Shown: piece after piece, positions 47,236-59,484 of the stretch
Numbering within the stretch: position 1 is the first letter of the stretch
How the letters are laid out: every line of letters begins with the position of its first letter
Source: Histomonas meleagridis 2922-C6/04-290x
Taxonomy: Eukaryota; Protista; Parabasalia
DNA length: 64,000 nucleotides
Assembly: GCA_020184695.1 (NCBI GenBank)
Contig: JAANOX010000280.1
Coordinates: 682,001 to 746,000 of the forward strand
Reading direction: 5' to 3'
Translations under genes and position numbers: made by a program
Notes under the pieces: generated by a model
Told to the model about the DNA's origin: nothing
The model's input: the letters and a program-made list of their open reading frames with translations, nothing else
Databases searched by the model: none

Positions 47236-47430
47236 TGATTACCAACAGATGGTTAGTAATCAAAATGCTTGGTTCTAGCCATTAGACTTGGATTTCATGA
47301 TGCAAAATTAATTTGGAAGCTTCCAAATAAACCAATCAATTTCCTTAAAATGACTTTTTCACAGGGGTACCCGAAAGGGTCCTTTTTCAGATTGTGGGGA
47401 TAAATCATCGCTTTCCGTTGAAATTTTTGT
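47236..47430. ncRNA. Possible structured non-coding element
   Basis: Three fold-backs in AT-rich intergenic DNA (47236-47262; an 18-bp palindrome at 47311-47328; ACCC-GAAA-GGGT at 47369-47380), then AATTTTTG at 47422. No family recognised. Confidence 0.25.
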
Positions 47431-48308
47431 ATACTAAAAATTTCAAACTTTTCAAAGAAAATTTAATAAACATCAGAAATATTCCAGTACTTTTAGGTAT
47501 CAAGTTTTGTTCCAAGCAAGAATATTATAAAATAATTTTTTTGTAATCAATTTATCATGCTTTTATGTCTATCAGTAAATTCTAATTATTAAATAATACT
47601 TTCTTTGTTAGATTAAAACTGTATAGAAAAAAATTAAGGATTTAACTTTATCACTTAGATTTTTGATATAAAATTATAGTAATTTAACATGATGAAATTG
47701 GATGCTTTCAGATATTTCTAATTCTCAAAAATCCATTAAGTAGTACATATTTGAAATACGTTTATTGGATTCAGAGTTAACTCTTGGTCTTTGATTTAAA
47801 TGATAAAGAATATATGGTATAAAGTATGTAATTGTGTTAATAGTAGACTTTTTTTTACATGTAGTTTTATAAAAAATTATCAGAATATAATAAAGAATGG
47901 AAAATGGAAAATTACTTTACTTTCAAGCGTGTAAATAAAATTATGATAACACCAAAATACTATGAAAATATAGAAATAATATCTATAAATTATTATTACA
48001 TTAATTTTTTATTAATATTAAATATTAAATATATATTGCGAGTTTTTTCATTATTTTAAATATTTTTATATATGTAATATTTTCTTGTGTAATATTTTTA
48101 TTCACATGTTGCTTAAATCGAAAGGTAACAATTTCATAACTTTGTTTCACACAAAAATACTTTATTTAAAGCATTGGTTGATGATAATATCTAATTTATC
48201 ATCTCCTATTAATTATCCGAAATTTTGTCTTCTCATCTTTATTACCGATTGTAATATGTCTAAAAAATAAAATAAATTTCAATGATTTTTATTCCATCGG
48301 TCTTCGCT

Positions 48309-48314
48309 TCATTT
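48309..48314 (+). promoter_or_regulatory. Inr-like TCATTT just upstream of the Prx ATG (also at 51448-51453)
   Basis: Trichomonad initiator consensus TCA(C/T)(T/A) within 10 nt of the ATG. Similar motifs precede 32927 and 36982. Confidence 0.55.
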
Positions 48315-48316
48315 TT

Positions 48317-48934
48317 ATGAGTTCCGGTGTTCAAGATTGCTCTTCTACTGCTGTAATTAACCATCCTTCTCCATGTTTTAAGGGTGTTGCAGTTGATCCA
48401 AATCTCGAATTTGTAGATGTTTCTCTCTGTCAATTCAAAGGCAAATGGCTCGTTCTCTTCTCTTATCCACTCGATTTCACATTCGTTTGCCCAACTGAAG
48501 TAATTGCATTCAGCGAGCATGCAAAAAGATTCAATGATATTAATTGTGAAGTTGTTGGAATGTCAACTGATTCTGTTTATTGCCATTTAGAATGGATTGG
48601 AAGGCCAAGGAATACTGGTGGACTTGGTAAAATGAATATTAAGTTGATTGGAGATCTTGGAGGAAAGATTTCTAAGAAGTTTGGATTTTACTCTGAAGAA
48701 GCTGGGCATGATATTAGAGGTACTGTAATTATTGATCCCAATGGAATCATTAGGCATCTTTCTATGGATAATCCTGAAGTTGGACGAAATGTTGAAGAAG
48801 TCCTCCGTCTTGTCAAAGCTTATCAATTTGCTGCAGAGCATGGTGAGGTTTGTCCTGCACAATGGGAAGAAGGAAAGGACACAATCAAGCCAAACCCAAA
48901 GGATTCAAAAGAATTCTTCTCTAAGGTTCACTAA
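48317..48934 (+). CDS. Typical 2-Cys peroxiredoxin (copy A)
   Basis: YPLDFTFVCPTE and GEVCPAQW. Confidence 0.96.
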   Translation: MSSGVQDCSSTAVINHPSPCFKGVAVDPNLEFVDVSLCQFKGKWLVLFSYPLDFTFVCPTEVIAFSEHAKRFNDINCEVVGMSTDSVYCHLEWIGRPRNTGGLGKMNIKLIGDLGGKISKKFGFYSEEAGHDIRGTVIIDPNGIIRHLSMDNPEVGRNVEEVLRLVKAYQFAAEHGEVCPAQWEEGKDTIKPNPKDSKEFFSKVH

Positions 48935-49003
48935 ACATTCTAGAACCTGATTTTTTGATTTATTAACAAAATTATTAATTATTTATATGAGCAATTTATT
49001 TTT

Positions 49004-50609
49004 AATGAAGGTATTGTCGATATTTGTCCATCAGCATTTGCTTCATGTACGAAATTAACAAGTGTAATAGTTCCAAATTTAGTTACAACGATACAAAATT
49101 ATGTTTTCCAAGAATGCGAAGCTTTAGAGACAGTTATACTCGGAGATGGTATTAAATCGATTGGAAGTTCAGCATTTAGATATTGTTATAAATTAAAGGA
49201 AATTATAATACCAAATGCGACGACAGAAATTGGTACATATGCATTTTCATCATGTGCAATGTTGGAGACAGTTACATTAGGGACAGGTTTAATTACAATT
49301 CCAGAATATGCATTTTATAATTGTTCCGGATTGAAATATATTGATATTAATGATAATGTTATGATCATTGGTTCATATGCATTTTTCAGAATCACCACAA
49401 CTTAATAATATTCGAATTCCTAATAATGTTATGATGTTGGGAAGTTATTTATTTGAATATTGTTTTAGTTTGACGAATATTACTATTGAAGAAGGGTTAG
49501 TGAGCTCTATTCCTAATTATTTATTTAGGAATTGTTATAATTTGGAAACGATTACAATTCCTAATTGTGTTACAAGTATTGGGAATTTTGTGTTTCAGTC
49601 ATGCACGAAACTAACAAATATCATCTTTAGTGATAAACTCGAAAGCATTGGCAATTCGGCATTCTATGGATGTAACTTAGTAAATGTCGAATTACCTGGC
49701 ACAGTCACATCGATCGGCAACTGCGCATTTCAGTATTGTCCAGAATTAACGACTGTTAAACTTAGTGAATTAATTACGTCAATCAATGATTATTTGTTTT
49801 ATTGTTGTGCGAAGTTAAGTGAATTTACTCTTCCGAAATCTATTCAGACAATTGGCGTTTCATCATTTTCATATTGCGAACGATTAAATAATATTAAATT
49901 TAGAGACAGTTTGACCACAATTGGTGAATATTCATTTTATTCATGTTCATCAATTACGAACATTTATATTCCGTCGTCAGTCACATCCATTGGCACGGGA
50001 GCATTTTCCAAATGTTCACAACTTCATAACATTACAGTTTCTAACGATAATAACAAATATAGTAATTATTTAAATGATTGTATTTTTGTATGACAAAAAC
50101 ATTTCTACAGTTTATTGTTGTCCGATGAATTTATTTGATATTAAACTTCCGAATACAGTATCAATATTTTGTAAACATTCATTTGAAGGTTCAATGATTA
50201 AACATATTAATATCAATGCACCGAATGTTCAAATTTCAGATTTTTCATTTGAATTTTGTTGCGAATTGAACGAAATAATTATTATTAGTTCCAACATTAC
50301 ACTTGGTAACAATGCATTTGAAGAATGTTGCAATTTAACTAAAGTTCATTTTGAAGGACATCTCAAATCTATTCACAATTATGCATTTCGTTTATGTCGT
50401 AAACTTGAAAACATCGAACTTCCTCCCAGTGTTGAAAACATTGGACATTCCGCTTTCTCGTACTGCACACAACTGAAGTCGTTCACAATACCAAATTCAA
50501 TTAATAGCACCGGAGATTATATCTTTTATTTCTGTTCTAATTTAGAAAGTATTACAATTGGCGAAAACATTCCAAAAATTGGTAAATCAATGTTTTATAA
50601 ATGCACGAA
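49004..50609 (+). pseudogene. Promoter-less mosaic BspA LRR fragment derived from the giant BspA
   Basis: Matches 53674-53805, then 56608-56641, then the shared core through to the equivalent of ~55406. No signal peptide or TM. Confidence 0.9.
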
Positions 50610-50622
50610 CATGTTCAAAAAG

Positions 50623-51198
50623 CTCTATCGTGTCTCTATCGCCAGCCCGTCCTTGATGCTGGGGCTCTCCACGAATAAAATGATCTATAACCCCTATATA
50701 AATCTAAAGATTTCTTAAAACCATTTTTAATAGCTGTATTAGAAATTGATAGTCAAACAAATATTGGTCAATCATTTTATCTACACACTAAATCTGATTA
50801 TCCTCTTTTGACCTAAAATATATGAACATTATTCTTCTTATATTTATGTAACTGTTTTTTTAAAATTATCATAATTCTTCTTCTGCATCAAAAAATTTAA
50901 AAATTATATATTCAACCTAGAATTGTTCTTGATATTAAGTAACTTTATCTATTTGTCTAGATATGGATTTGTCACTTTTATTTTTGAATAAACTCTATTC
51001 AAAATTTTTCTCGAAGTCGCTCCATACCTACCAAATATACCAGGACTCCGTGTTATTTGTTTTTGTTTTTGAAATACAAAATTTGTTTATTTGTTAATTT
51101 TGTAATTTTTATTTCCCCATTCATTTTGTTTCATCGTCACTTTTCTATAAAGTAATTAATGCAAATTAAATACTTTACTTGATAAAAACACGATAGAG
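50623..51198. mobile_element. Candidate MITE (Mutator-like?), ~576 bp
   Basis: Terminal inverted repeats CTCTATCGTGTCTCTATC and GATAAAAACACGATAGAG (16/18 match); flanks ATGTTCAAAAA and ACGTTAAAAAA (9/11); no coding content. Confidence 0.45.
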
Positions 51199-51455
51199 GA
51201 CGTTAAAAAAAATTACAGCCACCTCAAAATATTTTGACATATTCGACTTTTTGAGATTATAAAGTTTTGAAAATTGATGAATGCTTATTGACCGTTAATT
51301 TCAGCAACATTTCGACTTACAACAAATATATAATTTATCATCTCCTATTAATTATCCGAAATTTTGTCTTCTCATCTTTATTACCGATTGTAATATGTCT
51401 AAAAAATAAAATAAATTTCAATGATTTTTATTCCATCGGTCTTCGCTTCATTTTT

Positions 51456-52073
51456 ATGAGTTCCGGTGTTCAAGATTGCTCTTCTACTGCTGTAATTAAC
51501 CATCCTTCTCCATGTTTTAAGGGTGTTGCAGTTGATCCAAATCTCGAATTTGTAGATGTTTCTCTCTGTCAATTCAAAGGCAAATGGCTCGTTCTCTTCT
51601 CTTATCCACTCGATTTCACATTCGTTTGCCCAACTGAAGTAATTGCATTCAGCGAGCATGCAAAAAGATTCAATGATATTAATTGTGAAGTTGTTGGAAT
51701 GTCAACTGATTCTGTTTATTGCCATTTAGAATGGATTGGAAGGCCAAGGAATACTGGTGGACTTGGTAAAATGAATATTAAGTTGATTGGAGATCTTGGA
51801 GGAAAGATTTCTAAGAAGTTTGGATTTTACTCTGAAGAAGCTGGGCATGATATTAGAGGTACTGTAATTATTGATCCCAATGGAATCATTAGGCATCTTT
51901 CTATGGATAATCCTGAAGTTGGACGAAATGTTGAAGAAGTCCTCCGTCTTGTCAAAGCTTATCAATTTGCTGCAGAGCATGGTGAGGTTTGTCCTGCACA
52001 ATGGGAAGAAGGAAAGGACACAATCAAGCCAAACCCAAAGGATTCAAAAGAATTCTTCTCTAAGGTTCACTAA
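51456..52073 (+). CDS. Typical 2-Cys peroxiredoxin (copy B)
   Basis: Same 205-aa protein as 48317-48934. Confidence 0.96.
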   Translation: MSSGVQDCSSTAVINHPSPCFKGVAVDPNLEFVDVSLCQFKGKWLVLFSYPLDFTFVCPTEVIAFSEHAKRFNDINCEVVGMSTDSVYCHLEWIGRPRNTGGLGKMNIKLIGDLGGKISKKFGFYSEEAGHDIRGTVIIDPNGIIRHLSMDNPEVGRNVEEVLRLVKAYQFAAEHGEVCPAQWEEGKDTIKPNPKDSKEFFSKVH

Positions 52074-52773
52074 ACATTCTAGAACCTGATTTTTTGATTT
52101 ATTAACAAAATTATTAATTATTTATATGAGCAATTTACTTTTAATGCAACTATTCATGTTAATCTCATAACACTTTCTGAAGAAAAATTATTGTAATTTG
52201 TGTTTTTGCTCTTGTACTTCTCCTATTTTCATACCTGACAAATTAATGAATTATTTCAGATCAGACGGAAATATTTTGTTATCTTTCATGAATGTATGAC
52301 TTTTAAATATTTAATATTAACTTTATTGCAATTTAAGTGCTTTCAGCTCATTGATTCAATATCTTTTTGCATTTTTTTCTGAGCAATTTTAATTTATTTT
52401 CCTTTTAAAGCACTTTATTTAATATTTTCTGAACAATATCTAAATACTAGTTATATAAATGTTATCCATAAATAAAGAAACACCAATAATAAAAGTTTTT
52501 CATTGCTCATTTGTTTATCAAATTATATTTACAACTTAAATATGTTTTTGATTTGAAATAATAAAAATAGATATTTCAACTTGCTTTATTCTATACAACT
52601 TTCTATTACTTTTTAATAAAAAGGCAACTCTAAAATGAAAGAGGCATGTCATTACGCCGATGATTTCTTTTTCTTTTTTCGCAACTTTTTGAACTAGCTA
52701 TGAATAAATTTCAATTGTAAACACTTTAAAATTTGTAAACCATACAATATGGTTGTCAGATTGCTGCACCCAG

Positions 52774-55700
52774 ATGCTTATTTCGTTGCTGCCTTTTCTT
52801 TTGGCAAATATAAAATGTGAAGGAGAAGACACACTTCTAATTGAGGATGTCAGCTTTGTTAACGGAAGTGATTATATACAATATCAAAATACAACGAAAT
52901 ATATAATTTTCAATAATGGTGTTCATGTTATTGGTCAACAAGCCTTTAAGTCATGGACAGAACTTATCAGCGTTACTGTTGGCAGTTCTGTATCCGAAAT
53001 TCAAAGTGAAGCATTTTATTCATGTACAAATTTGACTACTGTAGACTTTTCTAATAGTCATAATTTATCAAAGATTGGTCAATCTAGTTTTTATGGTTGT
53101 TCAAATCTAAAAACTATTTCAATACCAAGTACTGTTTCAACAATTACAGATTCTACCTTTTACAAATGCATAAGTTTATCCTCAGTTACTTTGGAAGAAG
53201 GGCTACTATCGATTGGAGCCAGTTCATTTGAATTATGTAGCAATTTAACCTCGATCGTATTTTCAAATTCAATCACAACAATTGGTCAAAGATCATTTCG
53301 ACAATGTACATCACTTAATAATGTCATTATTCCGAACACAGTCACAACAATTGGTGAAATGTGTTTTTGGAAGTGCAGTGGATTACAAAGTATTACACTT
53401 AGCGAAAACATTCAATCCATTGAAAGCGAAACCTTTTATTCGAGTTCATTAACGAAAATTTCTATTCCAAACTTAGTCACTATAATTAAAGACAATGCAT
53501 TTTCTAATTGTCGACAATTACAAGAAGTTACATTTGGTAATAGTTTAGAAACAATTGAAGAATTTGGGTTTGAGTTTTGTCTTAAACTAAAGAGTGTAAT
53601 TTTACCCGATTCACTTCGAACTATTGGTGATAGCGGATTTACTTATTGTACTAATTTAGAAACATTAACTTTAAATGAAGGTATTGTCGATATTGGTCCA
53701 TCAGCATTTGCTTCATGTACGAAATTAACAAGTGTAATAGTTCCAAATTTAGTTACAACGATACAAAATTATGTTTTCCAAGAATGCGAAGCTTTAGAGA
53801 CAGTTCTACTTGGAGATAATATTACTTCGATTGGAAGTTATGCATTTTATGATTGTAAATTGTTGAGTGAAATTAAAATACCAAATTTAGTGAATTCGAT
53901 TAAAGGAAGCGCATTTCGTTCTTGTTCTAATTTGGAATACGTAAATTTAAATGATCAAATTAATACAATTGGAAGTTCAGCATTTAGATATTGTTATAAA
54001 TTAAAGGAAATTATAATACCAAATGCGACGACAGAAATTGGTACATATGCATTTTCATCATGTGCAATGTTGGAGACAGTTACATTAGGGACAGGTTTAA
54101 TTACAATTCCAGAATATGCATTTTATAATTGTTCCGGATTGAAATATATTGATATTAATGATAATGTTATGATCATTGGTTCATATGCATTTTCAGAATC
54201 ACCACAACTTAATAATATTCGAATTCCTAATAATGTTATGATGTTGGGAAGTTATTTATTTGAATATTGTTTTAGTTTGACGAATATTACTATTGAAGAA
54301 GGGTTAGTGAGCTCTATTCCTAATTATTTATTTAGGAATTGTTATAATTTGGAAACGATTACAATTCCTAATTGTGTTACAAGTATTGGGAATTTTGTGT
54401 TTCAGTCATGTACGAAACTAACAAATATTATCTTTAGTGATAAACTCGAAAGCATTGGCAATTCGGCATTCTATGGATGTAACTTAGTAAATGTCGAATT
54501 ACCTGGCACAGTCACATCGATCGGCAACTGCGCATTTCAGTATTGTCCAGAATTGACAACTGTTAAACTTAGTGAATTAATCACATCAATCAATGATTAT
54601 TTGTTTTATTGTTGTGCGAAGTTAAGTGAATTTACTCTTCCGAAATCTATTCAGACAATTGGCGTTTCATCATTTTCATATTGCGAACGATTAAATAATA
54701 TTAAATTTAGAGACAGTTTGACCACGATTGGCGAATATTCATTTTATTCATGTTCATCAATTACGAACATTTACATTCCGTCGTCAGTCACATCCATTGG
54801 CACGGGAGCATTTTCCAAATGTTCACAACTTCATAACATTACAGTTTCTAACGATAATAACAAATATAGTAATTATTTAAATGATGGGATTTTGTATGAC
54901 AAAAACATTTCTACAGTTTATTGTTGTCCGATGAATTTATTTGATATTAAACTTCCGAATACAGTATCAATATTTTGTAAACATTCATTTGAAGGTTCAA
55001 TGATTAAACATATTAATATCAATGCACCGAATGTTCAAATTTCAGATTTTTCATTTGAATTTTGTTGCGAATTGAACGAAATAATTATTATTAGTTCCAA
55101 CATTACACTTGGTAACAATGCATTTGAAGAATGTTGCAATTTAACTAAAGTTCATTTTGAAGGACATCTCAAATCTATTCACAATTATGCATTTCGTTTA
55201 TGTCGTAAACTTGAAAACATCGAACTTCCTCCCAGTGTTGAAAACATTGGACATTCCGCTTTCTCGTACTGCACACAACTGAAGTCGTTCACAATACCAA
55301 ATTCAATTAATAGCACCGGAGATTATATCTTTTATTTCTGTTCTAATTTAGAAAGTATTACAATTGGCGAAAACATTCCAAAAATTGGTAAATCAATGTT
55401 TTATAAATGCACGAAATTAACAGAAATAACAATTCCAACAACAGTTACAACAATCAGTGAAAGTTCATTTGAAGAATGTACAAATTTAACTAAAGTTATA
55501 ATCAATGGCGAAAGTTTACTTACAATTGGGAAATCGGCATTTTATAAATGTAACAAATTAACTGAAATACAAATTCCCAATTCGGTAACTACAATTGGTG
55601 ATAAATCATTTGAATTATGTTCTAATTTAGTTAATATCACAATTGGAGATAACTTAACCACAATTGGTAAACATACATTTTATAAATGTACAAAATTAAC

Positions 55701-58700
55701 AGAAATAACAATTCCGAAGTTCGTACAAACTATAGGAGAAAGTTCATTTGAATCATGTACAAGTTTAACTAAAGTAATATTTAAAGGCGAAAGTTTACAA
55801 ACAATTGAAAAATCTTCGTTTAAACAATGTACGAATTTAATTGGAATTGAACTTCCTAATTCTATCACGACAATTGAAGATAATGCATTTGATTGTTGTG
55901 AAAATTTAGTGCAAGTTAAATTAGGTGAAAACTTAACAACAATTGGAAAGTCAGTATTTAATGAATGTTATAAATTATTAAATATTACAATACCAAAGTT
56001 AGTTACGACAATTGAAGATAATTTATTCCAATCATGTGAATCATTACAAAATGTAATTATTGAAGCCAACATACAAAAAATTGGTACAAATGCATTTGCT
56101 TATTGTTCAGATTTATTATCAATTATAATACCAGATTCGACAACTGAAATTGGCGATTATTCATTTATATTTTGTCGTCAATTAGAGAAAGTTATTATTG
56201 GAGAAAATGTTACAATTATTGGTGAAAGTTCATTTGAAGAATGTGCAAAATTAAATAATGTAATTATTCCTAATTTAGTTATAACAATTAGTGATTGTGC
56301 ATTTCAAGCTTGCGTTAAATTAAATAATATTAAATTTGGTGATAAAGTTGAAACTATTGGTGATTATACATTTAAACAATGTGAAAATTTAATTAATGTA
56401 AGTTTACCTGATTCACTTAAATCGATTGGTGAAAGTTCATTTTCTTATTGTAATAATTTGGAAATAATTAATTTGGGTAATGGCCTTACGAACATTGGTC
56501 CTTCAGCATTTGAATCATCTCCAAAATTAATTGAAATCAAAGTTCCGAATTTAGTTACATCAATTCAAAGTTATACATTCCAAAACTGTGAAGGATTGAA
56601 GACAGTTATACTCGGAGATGGTATTAAATCGATTGGAAGTTATGCATTTTATGAATGTCATGCATTGACTGGAATTGAAATACCAAATTTAGTGTCTTCG
56701 ATTAAAAGTAATGCATTTAGAGTTTGTTCTAATTTGGAGTATGTAACTTTCGGAGAATCATTAAATACAATTGGAAGTTCAGCATTTAGATATTGTTATA
56801 AATTAAAGGAAATTATAATACCAAATGCGACGACAGAAATTGGTACATATGCATTTTCATCATGTGCAATGTTGGAGACAGTTACATTAGGGACAGGTTT
56901 AATTACAATTCCAGAATATGCATTTTTATAATTGTTCCGGATTGAAATATATTGATATTAATGATAATGTTATGATCATTGGTTCATATGCATTTTCAGA
57001 ATCACCACAACTTAATAATATTCGAATTCCTAATAATGTTATGATGTTGGGAAGTTATTTATTTGAATATTGTTTTAGTTTGACGAACATTACTATTGAA
57101 GAAGGGTTAGTGAGCTCTATTCCTAATTATTTATTTAGGAATTGTTATAATTTGGAAACGATTACAATTCCTAATTGTGTTACAAGTATTGGGAATTTTG
57201 TGTTTCAGTCATGTACGAAACTAACAAATATTATCTTTAGTGATAAACTCGAAAGCATTGGCAATTCGGCATTCTATGGATGTAACTTAGTAAATGTCGA
57301 ATTACCTGGCACAGTCACATCGATCGGCAACTGCGCATTTCAGTATTGTCCAGAATTGACAACTGTTAAACTTAGTGAATTAATCACATCAATCAATGAT
57401 TATTTGTTTTTATTGTTGTGCGAAGTTAAGTGAATTTACTCTTCCGAAATCTATTCAGACAATTGGCGTTTCATCATTTTCATATTGCGAACGATTAAAT
57501 AATATTAAATTTAGAGACAGTTTGACCACGATTGGCGAATATTCATTTTATTCATGTTCATCAATTACGAACATTTACATTCCGTCGTCAGTCACATCCA
57601 TTGGCACGGGAGCATTTTTCCAAATGTTCACAACTTTATAACACTACATTTTCTAACGATAATAACAAACATATTAATTATTTAAATGATGTTAATAAAA
57701 AAAAAAAAAACATTTCTACAGTTTATTGTTGTCCGATGAATTTATTTGATATTAAACTTCCGAATACAGTATCAATATTTTGTAAACATTCATTTGAAGG
57801 TTCAATGATTAAACATATTAATATCAATGCACCGAATGCTCAAATTTCAGATTTTTCATTTGAATTTTGTTGCGAATTGAACGAAATAATTATTATTAGT
57901 TCCAACATTACACTTGGTAACAATGCATTTGAAGAATGTTGCAATTTAACTAAAGTTCATTTTGAAGGACATCTCAAATCTATTCACAATTATGCATTTC
58001 GTTTATGTCGTAAACTTGAAAACATCGAACTTCCTCCCAGTGTTGAAAACATTGGACATTCCGCTTTCTCGTACTGCACACAACTGAAGTCGTTCACATT
58101 CCCCGAGAGCCTTCAGACCATTAAACAAAATGCGTTTTACCAAACGTTAAACATCTCGAACGTTACAATTCTCACTCCGCACATTGGCATCAGGGAATTG
58201 ATTGCTGACTTTGCACAAACATTAAACACATTACAAATTGGCGACAAAATCGCATCAATTAGCGAGCAAACATTTAAAGAATTACCGAATTTGTTTTCAG
58301 TATGTGTTAATGCGACAACAATTAAAGAGCGCGCATTCGCTTCATGCGCAAAACTTTCGAAAGTTACAATTGGCGAAAATGTTCAAACGATTTATATGAA
58401 TTCATTTGAGCAATGCAATAACATAACTGATTTAATAATATTAAATACAAATATATCAAATATCGACTTTGTTTATGGATTCAAGCAAAGTTTAACTTTA
58501 ATCACATTAAACTTTAATAATATCGAAGGAATAACATTTGAATCATTCGATAATTTAAGAAATGTTAAATTCGGTGAAAATGTCGAAATTATTGGGAATA
58601 ACACATTTTATAATTGTACTAAAATAACAGAAATTAAATTACCAAACTCAATCACTAAAATCGGAGAAAAATCATTTTGTCAATGTGTAAACTTGGCAAA

Positions 58701-59484
58701 AATTAATTTCAGTCAAAATACCAAAGAAATTGGAAGTCAAGCATTCAAAAATTGTTATCAACTAACGGAAGTTATTCTGCCAGATTCAATTGAAAAAATC
58801 GGTTCTAATTCATTTGAATCTTGTGTAAACGTTCAAAGCATTGAACTTGGTCAAAATATCAAAGAAATTGGAAGCTCAACTTTTTCTAATTGTGTTAAAT
58901 TAACCGCAATTACCCTTCCAAAATCAATTGAAATAATTGATGACAATTTATTCTCACAATGTTACAATTTGAATCAAGTCAATTTCGGACAAAGTCTCTC
59001 AAAAATTGGGAAGTCATCGTTCACAAGCTGTTCCGTTGTAAACCTCATAATTCCCAATACGACGTCGGTTATTGATTCAAATGCATTTTACAATTGCACC
59101 AAGTTAATCAACCTTCATATAGGTAGTCATGTTTCAATCATCAATGATTATGCATTTTCTAACTGTTACTCATTGACATATATTTATTATTATGGAATTG
59201 ATGAACCACAAATTAGTAATAATTCATTTTCACAAATCAATACTTCGAAAGTTATTGTGACTTCATCATACAAAGGTAACAAATTTGGAACTTTAGAGAT
59301 AAATGCTGCGAGTGAAAGTGCCGATGGAATGTCGAAGCCGGTGTTTTATTTCTTGACAATTGGCGTTCCAATAATTGTTGTTGCTGTCGTCGTTGTGACT
59401 ATAATTGTTATTGTGCAGATCAGAAAGAAATTAAAGAAAGAGGGATTCACTGAGTTTTCATCTCAGCTTAATGAAATAAAATAA
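52774..59484 (+). CDS. Giant BspA-like TpLRR type I membrane protein, ~2200 aa (frameshifts at ~56925, ~57408 and ~57615, probably errors)
   Basis: Signal MLISLLPFLLA, continuous TpLRRs over four tracked ORFs, TM VFYFLTIGVPIIVVAVVVVTIIVIV, basic tail. Each break is an extra T in a T-run relative to the internal duplicate. Confidence 0.88.
53962..55293 (+). repeat. Intragenic duplicate A (~1.33 kb)
   Basis: Near-identical to 56764-58098; period 2802 bp. Confidence 0.95.
56764..58098 (+). repeat. Intragenic duplicate B
   Basis: Near-identical to 53962-55293; noisy at 57600-57720. Confidence 0.95.

Larger units (their letters stand above)
48192..49007 (+). repeat. Direct duplicate of 51331-52146 (peroxiredoxin block)
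   Basis: Offset 3139 bp; essentially identical by eye. Confidence 0.95.

Noticed and set aside
51267-51455. 63-aa N-terminal extension of Prx copy B
   Set aside because: It starts at TTG, crosses the duplication boundary at 51331, is absent from copy A, and an Inr sits right before ATG 51456.
56920-57620. Phase variation by slipped-strand T-runs in BspA genes
   Set aside because: The extra bases cluster in repeated, poorly polished regions alongside obvious noise (57600-57720, 8400-8560, 19900-20500). Long-read homopolymer error is the simpler explanation until reads are checked.
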